Below are positions 43,280 to 51,335 of a DNA stretch of 59,248 nucleotides, piece by piece; position 1 is the stretch's first letter; each line of letters starts with the position of its first letter. This stretch comes from Acidobacteria bacterium RIFCSPLOWO2_12_FULL_65_11 (GTDB lineage Bacteria > Acidobacteriota > Vicinamibacteria > Vicinamibacterales > CAVVIG01). The stretch lies in assembly GCA_001767495.1 (NCBI GenBank), contig MELA01000083.1:1-59248 (forward strand). The letters are read 5' to 3'. A program made the translations under genes and the position numbers. The notes beneath the pieces are model-generated. The model made no database searches, was not told the origin of the DNA, and saw nothing but the letters and a program-made list of their open reading frames with translations.

Positions 43280-45601
43280 ATGCAATACATCTGGCTGATT
43301 CCCTTGCTGCCCGGCCTCGGGGCCCTCGTCAACGGCCTGGTCGGCATCCGCGCGTTCTCGCGCCGGACCTCCGGCGCCGTCGCGTGTGCGACGATGATCG
43401 CGGCGCTCGGCGTGTCGCTCTTGGCGTTCTGGGAGCTGCTGGGCCTGCCGGCCGATGCGCGTGCGTACGACGTGACGCTCGCCTCCTGGATCCCGGCGAT
43501 CCCGCTGCAGACGCAAAGCGGCATGGGCAGCCTGCAGGTGCCGTGGGGATTCCGGCTCGATCCGCTGTCCGGCCTGATGATTCTCGTCGTCACCGGCATC
43601 GGCACGCTGATTCACATCTACTCAACGGCCTACATGGCGGCGGAGCCTCGCGGCGGCGTCGCGAGGTTCTTCTGCTATCTGAACCTGTTCTGCTTTTTCA
43701 TGCTCGTGCTCGTCCTGGGGAACAACTACCTGGTGATGTTCGTGGGCTGGGAAGGCGTGGGCCTGTGCTCGTACCTGCTCATCGGCTACTGGTACCAGAA
43801 GAAGAGCGCGTCGGATGCGGGGAAGAAGGCCTTCATCACGAACCGCATTGGTGATTGGGGCTTCATCCTCGGCATCTTCCTCGTGTTCTACACCTTCGGC
43901 ACGCTCGATTTCCGCGCCGTGCAGAACGCGGCGGGGGCGATGAGGGTCGAGTCGGCCGGCATCGGCGTGTTGTCGATCATCTGTCTATTGCTCTTTGTCG
44001 GCGCGGTCGGCAAGAGCGCCCAGATTCCCCTGTACGTCTGGTTGCCGGACGCGATGGAAGGTCCGACGCCCGTCTCGGCGCTCATTCACGCGGCGACGAT
44101 GGTGACGGCAGGCGTCTACATGGTGGGGAGAAACGCGGTTCTCTTCTCGCACGCGCCGACGGTGATGCTGATCGTGGCGGTCGTGGGCGTGCTGACGGCA
44201 CTCTTCGCCGCGTCGATCGGCCTGGTGCAGTACGACATCAAGCGGGTGCTCGCGTACTCGACCGTCTCGCAGCTCGGCTACATGTTTACGGCGATGGGCG
44301 TCGGCGCTTTTTCGGCGGGCGCCTTCCATCTGATGACGCACGCCTTCTTCAAGGCGCTGCTCTTCCTCGGCAGTGGCTCGGTGATTCACGCGATGGGGGG
44401 CGAGCAGGACATGCGCCGCATGGGCGGCCTCAAAAAGTACTTGCCGGTCACCTACGCGACGATGGTCATCGGCACGCTCGCCATTGCCGGCATCCCGCCT
44501 CTTTCGGGATTTTTCAGTAAGGACGAAATCCTGTTCCGGTCGTTCGAGGCAAACAAGGCGATCTGGGCGCTCGCGGTTGTCACCGCGATGATGACGGCGT
44601 TCTACATGTTCCGCCTGCTGTCGATGACGTTCTTTGGCGCCTACCGGGGCCCTGCATGGGAAGGCGCCCACCGAGTGGGCGCCCACCTCGCCGCCGATCC
44701 GCACGATCACGGACACGCCGCCGCCGCGCATGGCGCACAGGACTCTCAGGCCGGCCACGGCCATGGTCACGGTGCGTGGCACGGGCCACACGAATCGCCC
44801 AACGCGATGACGTATCCGCTGATGGCGCTCGCCGTCGGCGCGATTGTCGCCGGATTCGTCGGCATTCCCACCGCGCTCTACGGGGGCAATACGATCGAGC
44901 ATTTCCTCGAGCCAAGCTTCACGGCAGAGGAGGTCCGGCTAAAGCCGGACACTACGACAGAGACTACGACAGGAACTACGACAGAAACAGCGACCGCGAC
45001 GGGGACACTTGCGGCGACGGAGACAACGACCGGGGCGGCCGCGGTGACGGAGGCTGAGAGCGTACGTAGTGTCCGGCTTCAGCCGGACCAGGCCCCGGAG
45101 ACGCCGGAAGCTGAGGAGTCGCATGCGCTCCTCGAGCTTGGCCTGATGGGCTTCTCGGTGTTGATCGCCGCCATTGGCATTGGCGTGGCGTGGAAGCTCT
45201 ACGTGACGAGTCCTGAAATCGCCGATCAGCTGGCCGAGCGGTTCGCCGGCGCACATCGCGTGCTATCCAACAAGTACTACGTGGACGAGTTGTACGACGC
45301 GACCGTCATTTCGGGCACGATGGCGGGCGGCCGCGGCCTGTGGGCGGTCGATCGAAATGTCATTGACGGCGCCGTCAACGGGACGGGCTGGGTGACCATC
45401 ATCAGTTCGTGGTTCTCCGGGCTGACCGATCGCACGGTGGTCGATGGCCTCGTGAATCTCGTCGGCCGGGTTGTGGAGGCGGGCAGTGTGGTGTTCCGCC
45501 GCCTACAGACCGGGCTGGTGCAGAACTATGCGCTCGTGATGCTGTTTGGCATCTTCGCGTTCGTGAGCATCTATTTGTTCATGCGGGCCGGAACTTTATG
45601 A
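43280..45601 (+). CDS. nuoL: NADH-quinone oxidoreductase subunit L (773 aa, with a composite palindromic-element insertion)
   Basis: GWEGVGLCSYLLIGYW...KSAQIPLYVWLPDAMEGPTPVSALIHAATMV. The insertion lies at about aa 551-603. Confidence 0.92.
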   Translation: MQYIWLIPLLPGLGALVNGLVGIRAFSRRTSGAVACATMIAALGVSLLAFWELLGLPADARAYDVTLASWIPAIPLQTQSGMGSLQVPWGFRLDPLSGLMILVVTGIGTLIHIYSTAYMAAEPRGGVARFFCYLNLFCFFMLVLVLGNNYLVMFVGWEGVGLCSYLLIGYWYQKKSASDAGKKAFITNRIGDWGFILGIFLVFYTFGTLDFRAVQNAAGAMRVESAGIGVLSIICLLLFVGAVGKSAQIPLYVWLPDAMEGPTPVSALIHAATMVTAGVYMVGRNAVLFSHAPTVMLIVAVVGVLTALFAASIGLVQYDIKRVLAYSTVSQLGYMFTAMGVGAFSAGAFHLMTHAFFKALLFLGSGSVIHAMGGEQDMRRMGGLKKYLPVTYATMVIGTLAIAGIPPLSGFFSKDEILFRSFEANKAIWALAVVTAMMTAFYMFRLLSMTFFGAYRGPAWEGAHRVGAHLAADPHDHGHAAAAHGAQDSQAGHGHGHGAWHGPHESPNAMTYPLMALAVGAIVAGFVGIPTALYGGNTIEHFLEPSFTAEEVRLKPDTTTETTTGTTTETATATGTLAATETTTGAAAVTEAESVRSVRLQPDQAPETPEAEESHALLELGLMGFSVLIAAIGIGVAWKLYVTSPEIADQLAERFAGAHRVLSNKYYVDELYDATVISGTMAGGRGLWAVDRNVIDGAVNGTGWVTIISSWFSGLTDRTVVDGLVNLVGRVVEAGSVVFRRLQTGLVQNYALVMLFGIFAFVSIYLFMRAGTL
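44933..45088. mobile_element. Composite element inside nuoL: two inverted REP-A copies flanking about 110 nt of low-complexity sequence
   Basis: Arms gtccggctaaagccggacactac (44933-44955) and gtagtgtccggcttcagccggac (45066-45088). Interior encodes TETTTGTTTETATATGTLAATETTTG. Confidence 0.75.
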
Positions 45602-47268
45602 ATCACTACCTGTCCATTATCCTGTTCGCCCCGCTTGCCGGCGCGCTCCTGCTGCTCGTCGTCGACAAGCGGCAGGAGAACACCATCCGCTGGATCGCCA
45701 ACATCGTCGCCCTTATCGGCTTCGTGGCGTCGGTGCCGCTGTGGTTCTGGTACAACACCGCGAACGCAGACTTCCAGTTCGTCGAGCGCGCGCCCTGGAT
45801 TCCTTCGATCGGCGCGGAGTACTTCCTCGGGGTCGACGGGTTGAGCGTGCTCTTGATTCTGCTGACGACGATGATGGGATCGATCGCCGTGCTCTCGTCG
45901 TGGACGGCGATTACCGAGCGCGTGAAGGAGTACTACATCTTCCTGCTCGTGCTGCAGACCGGGATGCTGGGCGCGTTCATGTCGCTCGACTTCCTGCTGT
46001 TCTTTCTGTTCTGGGAAGTCATGCTGGTGCCGATGTACTTCCTGATCGGCATCTGGGGCAGCGCCAACCGGCTCTATTCAGCGATCAAGTTCTTCCTCTA
46101 TACCCTGGTCGGGAGCGTCGTGATGCTGCTCGGCATCCTGGCGTTGTACTTCTACAATCACACGTTGACGGGCGTGTGGACGTTTGACGTCACGCAGTTC
46201 CACAGACTGACGGACGTTCCCTTCAATCTGCAGTGGTGGGTCTTCCTCGCCTTCTTCCTCGGGTTTGCGATCAAGGTTCCGATGTTCCCGTTCCACACCT
46301 GGCTGCCCGACGCGCACACCGACGCGCCGACGGCCGGCTCGGTGATCCTGGCGGCCGTCCTCCTGAAGATGGTGACGTACGGGTTTCTGCGGTTCAGCCT
46401 CCCGATTCTCCCCGACGCCTCGCGGAGCTTCGTGCCGATGATCGTCGTGCTCTCGATTATCGGCATCGTGTACGGGGCGCTCGTGGCGATGGCCCAGAAG
46501 GACTGGAAGCGGCTGGTGGCCTATTCATCGGTCAGTCACATGGCCATGGTGATGCTCGGCATGTTCGCCCTCAATCCGGTCGGCATTACGGGCAGCATCG
46601 TGCAGCAGCTCAACCACGGCATCTCGACCGGCGCGCTCTTCCTCCTGGTGGGGGTGGTCTACGAGCGGCGGCACACGCGCGAGATCTCCGAATACGGCGG
46701 ACTCTCGAAAATCATGCCGGTGTACGCGGCCGTGTTTCTCGTCATGACGATGTCGTCGATCGGCCTGCCGACGCTGAACGGCTTCATCGGAGAGTTTCTG
46801 ATCCTGCAGGGCGTCTTTGTCGCGAACAAAGTCTGGGCGGCCTTCGCGGCGGTTGGTATCGTGCTGGGTGCCGCGTACATGCTCCAGCTCTACCAGCGGA
46901 CGATGTTCGGCGCTGTCGAGAATCCGAAAAACGAGCGCCTGCTCGATCTCAGCCACCGCGAATTCGCGACCTTCGCGCCGCTCATCATTCTCGCCGTGTG
47001 GATCGGCCTCTATCCCAAGCCGTTTCTCGACCGGCTCGAGACCTCGGTCGCGCATGTCATCGCGCGGGTCAACCCGCAGTCGACGACGCAGACCGCGTGC
47101 GGATCGGCCCCCGTGACACCGGGCGCGGCAGTCGCCACCATCGCATCGGTTGAACCCTCTGCGTCGGCGTTTCTCTCCCAGACGCCCTGCGACGCGAATG
47201 GCAATCCGCTGCCTGCGGCCGGCCAGGCCCCTTCGACAGGCTCAGGGCAGGGCCCTGTAGGACGCTGA
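45598..47268 (+). CDS. nuoM: NADH-quinone oxidoreductase subunit M (C-terminal low-complexity extension)
   Basis: ATGA overlap with nuoL. FFLFWEVMLVPMYFLIGIWG...FPFHTWLPDAH. Confidence 0.92.
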   Translation: MNHYLSIILFAPLAGALLLLVVDKRQENTIRWIANIVALIGFVASVPLWFWYNTANADFQFVERAPWIPSIGAEYFLGVDGLSVLLILLTTMMGSIAVLSSWTAITERVKEYYIFLLVLQTGMLGAFMSLDFLLFFLFWEVMLVPMYFLIGIWGSANRLYSAIKFFLYTLVGSVVMLLGILALYFYNHTLTGVWTFDVTQFHRLTDVPFNLQWWVFLAFFLGFAIKVPMFPFHTWLPDAHTDAPTAGSVILAAVLLKMVTYGFLRFSLPILPDASRSFVPMIVVLSIIGIVYGALVAMAQKDWKRLVAYSSVSHMAMVMLGMFALNPVGITGSIVQQLNHGISTGALFLLVGVVYERRHTREISEYGGLSKIMPVYAAVFLVMTMSSIGLPTLNGFIGEFLILQGVFVANKVWAAFAAVGIVLGAAYMLQLYQRTMFGAVENPKNERLLDLSHREFATFAPLIILAVWIGLYPKPFLDRLETSVAHVIARVNPQSTTQTACGSAPVTPGAAVATIASVEPSASAFLSQTPCDANGNPLPAAGQAPSTGSGQGPVGR

Positions 47269-48725
47269 TGCCGCCTGGACTCTCGACGCTCGATTTCTAT
47301 TACATTCGCCCCGAGATCGTGCTCACGGCCGGCTCGCTGGTCGTCCTGATCGCGGACGTGCTGCTGTTGCGGCGCCGCAGCGGCAACGCGCTCGCGTGGG
47401 TGACGCTCGCGGCGATTGGGGCGACGCTGCTGTCGCTCGTGCCGCTCGCCAACACGCGCGTGGAGGTGGCCAACGGACTGATCGCCGTCGACCAGTTCGC
47501 CCTGTTTTTCAAGGTCGTCTTCCTGATCGCGGCCGCGATCACCGTGCTGATGTCGACGAAGTACCTGGAGGTTGAGGGCGTGCCGCCCGGCGAGTACTAC
47601 TTCCTCGTTCTCTGCGCCACGCTCGGCATGATGATCATGGCCGGCGGCATCGATCTCGTCACCATCCTGGTCGGCCTCGAGACCATGGCCGTGTCGTTTT
47701 ACATCCTGGCCGGGTTCATCAAGCCCAACCAGCGGTCGAACGAAGCGGCGGTCAAGTACTTCCTGCTCGGCGCGTTCTCGCTCGGGATCCTGCTCTACGG
47801 CATGTCGCTGATGTACGGGCTGTCGGGCTCGACCAACCTCCGAGTGATGGCCGCGGCCTTTGTGGGGCAGGAGTCCGATCCGCGCCTGGTCCTGGCCGTG
47901 ATCCTTGTGGCGGCGGGTGTTGGGTTCAAGATTGCGGCGGTCCCGTTCCACATGTGGGCACCCGACGTGTACGAAGGCGCGCCAACTCCCATCACGGCGT
48001 TTCTCTCAGTCGGGTCGAAGGCCGCGTCGTTTGCGATGCTGCTCCGGATCTTCCTCGAAGGGATGCCGTCGATGAATGCCGACTGGCGGCTGCTCTTTGA
48101 AGCCCTCGCCATCGTGACGATGACGCTTGGGAACGTCGCGGCGCTGACGCAGAGCAACCTCAAGCGGATGCTCGCGTACTCGTCGATCGCCCACGCCGGC
48201 TACCTCCTCATCGGTGTTGTCGCGGGCACCGAGCGCGGCGTGTCGGCGATGCTCATCTATCTGTTCGTGTATGCGTTCATGCAGCTCGGCGCCTTTGCCG
48301 TTCTCGTGCTCCTGCGCCGCCGGGATGTCATCGGTGACGAGCTCAAGGACCTGAGCGGCCTGTACGTCCGGAGTCCGTTTGCCGCCTTCGCCATGCTGCT
48401 GTTTATGCTCTCGCTCGGCGGCATCCCGCCGACGGCCGGGTTCATGGGCAAGTTCTGGCTGTTCAGCGCCGCCATCGATGCGCAGTACTACGGGCTGGCG
48501 GTGATCGGCGTGCTCAACAGCGCGGTCTCTCTCTACTATTACATCCGCGTCGTGGTCTTCATGTACCTGAAGAAGGAGACCATGGGCTCGGAGCTGGTGC
48601 TTGGTCCCTCGCTCGCGGTGGCTCTGGGCGTTGCGGTCGTTGTGACGATTGTCCTCGGCGTCTATCCGCGGCTGTTGTTCGAGCTGGCCGAAGCCTCCGC
48701 GGCGACCCTTGGCGCGGTTCGGTGA
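47268..48725 (+). CDS. nuoN: NADH-quinone oxidoreductase subunit N
   Basis: KIAAVPFHMWAPDVYEGAPTPITAFLS...KRMLAYSSIAHAGY. Confidence 0.92.
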   Translation: MPPGLSTLDFYYIRPEIVLTAGSLVVLIADVLLLRRRSGNALAWVTLAAIGATLLSLVPLANTRVEVANGLIAVDQFALFFKVVFLIAAAITVLMSTKYLEVEGVPPGEYYFLVLCATLGMMIMAGGIDLVTILVGLETMAVSFYILAGFIKPNQRSNEAAVKYFLLGAFSLGILLYGMSLMYGLSGSTNLRVMAAAFVGQESDPRLVLAVILVAAGVGFKIAAVPFHMWAPDVYEGAPTPITAFLSVGSKAASFAMLLRIFLEGMPSMNADWRLLFEALAIVTMTLGNVAALTQSNLKRMLAYSSIAHAGYLLIGVVAGTERGVSAMLIYLFVYAFMQLGAFAVLVLLRRRDVIGDELKDLSGLYVRSPFAAFAMLLFMLSLGGIPPTAGFMGKFWLFSAAIDAQYYGLAVIGVLNSAVSLYYYIRVVVFMYLKKETMGSELVLGPSLAVALGVAVVVTIVLGVYPRLLFELAEASAATLGAVR

Positions 48726-48741
48726 TCGTGGATCCCCTGAT

Positions 48742-48787
48742 GTAGTGTCCGGCTTCAGCCGGACTTGGTCCGCCTAAAGGCGGACAC
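48742..48787. repeat. Inverted pair of REP-A copies downstream of nuoN (terminator-like)
   Basis: gtagtgtccggcttcagccggac ttg gtccgcctaaaggcggacac. Confidence 0.8.
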
Positions 48788-48789
48788 AG

Positions 48790-49080
48790 GTGATGACGGT
48801 TGGTGAAGTGTTTCACAAGGTTTGCTATACTCACATGCCCGACGACGAGCGCGGTCCCTTCCTGGCGCGGTCGCTCCAGCATCTGCAAGAGAACATTCGC
48901 AGGTCCGGACCGGCGGCGGCGGCCGGCTACACGCTGATTGGGGCGATCATTCTGCTCGGCGGCATCGGCTACGCGGTGGATGCGTGGCGGGGGACGTCTC
49001 CCTGGTTCCTGTTGTTGGGGTTGCTCGTCGGCCTCATCGTGGGATTCTACGAGCTGGCCAAGACCGTATGGCACCGATGA
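48790..49080 (+). CDS. atpZ: AtpZ/AtpI-family small membrane protein
   Basis: GYTLIGAIILLGGIGYAVDAW.GTSPWFLLLGLLVGLIVGFYEL. Start may be the ATG at 48835. Confidence 0.7.
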   Translation: MMTVGEVFHKVCYTHMPDDERGPFLARSLQHLQENIRRSGPAAAAGYTLIGAIILLGGIGYAVDAWRGTSPWFLLLGLLVGLIVGFYELAKTVWHR

Positions 49081-49430
49081 AGCCCGTCTGGTGGATGGTT
49101 GGAGCCAGTGCGCTGTCCTGGCTGGCGGTAACCGCGCTGACGGATCGGGAGACGAGTCGGGACGTGCTCTTTGGTATGGTTGGTCCGCTCGGCGTCGCCA
49201 CCTCAACGTGGGTGCTGATGGAGCGCGCGTACCGGCGGAGCCCGATGCAGCTGACCTCGGTCATGGTCGGCGCGTTCGTGGGCAAGATGGTGTTTTTTGG
49301 CGCCTACGTGGCGATCATGATTCGCGGTGTGGCGGTTCGCCCGGTGCCGTTCATGGCAAGCTTTACGGGCTACTTCATCGGGTTGTATGTAATTGAGGCG
49401 TTGTATCTCAAGCGCCTCTTCGCGAAGTAG
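49077..49430 (+). CDS. atpI: ATP synthase protein I-like membrane protein
   Basis: ATGA overlap with atpZ. Four hydrophobic segments. Position immediately upstream of atpB. Confidence 0.55.
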   Translation: MKPVWWMVGASALSWLAVTALTDRETSRDVLFGMVGPLGVATSTWVLMERAYRRSPMQLTSVMVGAFVGKMVFFGAYVAIMIRGVAVRPVPFMASFTGYFIGLYVIEALYLKRLFAK

Positions 49431-49433
49431 ATA

Positions 49434-50363
49434 ATGGCCTTTCAGGAACACGCGGCAGAAGTCGCCGAAGGCGCGGCGGAAAAGTTCAACGCCGGCGCGA
49501 CCATCATCGAGCACGTCTCCAACAGCTCGCACGATCACCCGCTCGTTCACCTGCCGACCATCGCCGGCATCGATTTTTCGGTCACCAAGCACGTGCTGAT
49601 GCTGTGGCTGGTCGCGGGCGCCGTCTTGCTGCTGGTCAGCCTGGCCGTCCGCAAGTTTCTCAAGCAGGACCGGCTCGTACCGTCCGGGTTCATGAACGCG
49701 CTCGAAGCAGTCGTAGAGTACGTCCGCGACTCCATCGTGCTGCCCAATGTCGGCACGAAGTGGGTGAACACGTGGACGCCGTACATTCTGACGCTGTTTC
49801 TTTTCATCCTGGGGGCAAACGCCGTCGGCCTGCTTCCGATCTTCGACGTGCTCGGTCTGCTGAACCATTGGGTGCTGCACCCGAGCGACGAGTCGTTTCT
49901 CTCGCGCGTCGTCCACGGCGGGAGCACCGCGACGGCCAACTTCAACGTGACGGCCGCGTTGGCATCACTGACCTTCGGCGCGATTATCGTCGCGGGCACC
50001 AAGGCGCATGGCTTCGTCAAGCATTGGGTCAACCTCGTCCCGAAGGGGCTGGCGGCGCCGATTTACATCATCTTGATTCCTATCGAGATCATGGGGATGT
50101 TCGTGCGGCCCTTTGCGCTGACGATGCGGCTTGCGGCCAATATGACGGGAGGGCACATCGCGATCCTGTCGCTCCTCTCGTTCGTGTTTCTCTTCGCGGA
50201 AATGTTCGGCCGGGCGGCGGCCGGCATCGGGATCGGCATCATGGCCGTGCCGATGGCCTCGCTCCTCTCGGGCCTCGAAGTCATCGTGGTTCTCGTGCAG
50301 GCGTACGTCTTCTCGCTCTTGACGGCCGTGTTCATCGGTATGGCCATTCACGTTCATCACTGA
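49434..50363 (+). CDS. atpB: F0F1 ATP synthase subunit a
   Basis: FALTMRLAANMTGGHI (essential Arg context)...VQAYVFSLLTAVFIGMA. Confidence 0.92.
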   Translation: MAFQEHAAEVAEGAAEKFNAGATIIEHVSNSSHDHPLVHLPTIAGIDFSVTKHVLMLWLVAGAVLLLVSLAVRKFLKQDRLVPSGFMNALEAVVEYVRDSIVLPNVGTKWVNTWTPYILTLFLFILGANAVGLLPIFDVLGLLNHWVLHPSDESFLSRVVHGGSTATANFNVTAALASLTFGAIIVAGTKAHGFVKHWVNLVPKGLAAPIYIILIPIEIMGMFVRPFALTMRLAANMTGGHIAILSLLSFVFLFAEMFGRAAAGIGIGIMAVPMASLLSGLEVIVVLVQAYVFSLLTAVFIGMAIHVHH

Positions 50364-50388
50364 GACGGCTCTCATCACACGAAAGGAT

Positions 50389-50733
50389 ATGGGAATGAGC
50401 ACAGCAGGTTTCTTCCGCAGGGCGATGGTGGTGGCAGTTCTTGCCTTCGTCTTTGCGTCGGTCATGGGTCCAAGTGTCTTCGCACAAGAAGCAGCGGCCG
50501 CGGCTGCTCCGGCGAGCCGCCTCCACTTGATCAGCGTGGCGATCGGACTTGGGATGATTGTGATTGGCGCCGGCCTGGGCATCGGCAAGCTGGCGGTGGC
50601 GGCGGCCGAGGGCATCGCCCGGCAGCCGAGCGCGGCCGCGCAGATTACAGGCGCCGTCAACCTCCCGCTGTTCCTCCTCGAAGGGGTCGCGATTCTGGGT
50701 GAAGTCTTCGCGTTTCTCGTGCTGATTCTGTAG
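50389..50733 (+). CDS. atpE: F0F1 ATP synthase subunit c (with a signal-like N-terminal extension)
   Basis: GLGIGKLAVAAAEGIARQP...PLFLLEGVAILGEVFAFLVL. Confidence 0.88.
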   Translation: MGMSTAGFFRRAMVVAVLAFVFASVMGPSVFAQEAAAAAAPASRLHLISVAIGLGMIVIGAGLGIGKLAVAAAEGIARQPSAAAQITGAVNLPLFLLEGVAILGEVFAFLVLIL

Positions 50734-50770
50734 CGCTTCCTAACGCGGGCGTGGGCGCTGTTTTTCTGAT

Positions 50771-50793
50771 GTAGTGTCCGGCTTCAGCCGGAC
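50771..50793. repeat. REP-A copy between atpE and atpF
   Basis: gtagtgtccggcttcagccggac. Confidence 0.8.
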
Positions 50794-50808
50794 CGTAGGG
50801 AAGGCGAC

Positions 50809-51312
50809 ATGAATAATCCGCTCGTTCAGGTCGATCCAGGACTGTTCATCTGGACCATCCTGACGTTTCTGGGGCTGCTGTTCCTTCTCAAGAAGATGGC
50901 GTGGGGACCGCTGCTGAAGGCGCTCGACGAGCGTCAGGCTACCATCCGCAAGTCGCTCGACGATGCGCAGCAGGCCAAGGTGGAGCTGGAGCGTCTCAAC
51001 CAGGAGTCCGCCCAGATTCTTGCGAAAGCGAGAGCCGAGGCCGATGCGATCGTCGCTCGGAGCCGCTCGGATGCCGAGCGGCTGAGAGAAGAAATGAAGC
51101 ACAAGGCGCGGGCGGAGGCCGAAGGCCTCACGCGGAACGCCGAGCGGCAGATTCAGCTCGAGACCCAGCGCGCGCTGGGCCAGATCCGGATCGAAGCGGT
51201 CGAGTTATCGCTGTCGATTGCCTCGAAGCTCATCAAGCGAAACCTGTCGAAAGAAGACAACGCACGCCTCATCGACGAGACCCTCAGGCAAATCGACTCG
51301 CAGCGTAACTAG
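50809..51312 (+). CDS. atpF: F0F1 ATP synthase subunit b
   Basis: N-terminal TM segment FIWTILTFLGLLFLLKKMAWGPL, then a long charged coiled-coil. Confidence 0.88.
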   Translation: MNNPLVQVDPGLFIWTILTFLGLLFLLKKMAWGPLLKALDERQATIRKSLDDAQQAKVELERLNQESAQILAKARAEADAIVARSRSDAERLREEMKHKARAEAEGLTRNAERQIQLETQRALGQIRIEAVELSLSIASKLIKRNLSKEDNARLIDETLRQIDSQRN

Positions 51313-51335
51313 GCGCAGCAAGCCGGGAGTCTGAA

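Noticed and set aside
43280-45601. Long NuoL (773 aa) as a sign of a '2M-type' complex I with an extended lateral helix
   Set aside because: Only one nuoM is present. The extra length is explained by a His/Gly-rich loop plus the 156-bp palindromic-element insertion, not by an extended amphipathic helix.
50734-50770. Intrinsic terminator or attenuator after atpE (gcgcttcctaacgcgggcgtgggcgctgttttt)
   Set aside because: The stem is short and ambiguous. The T-run is interrupted and followed immediately by a REP-A copy. I cannot distinguish it from chance without transcript-end data.
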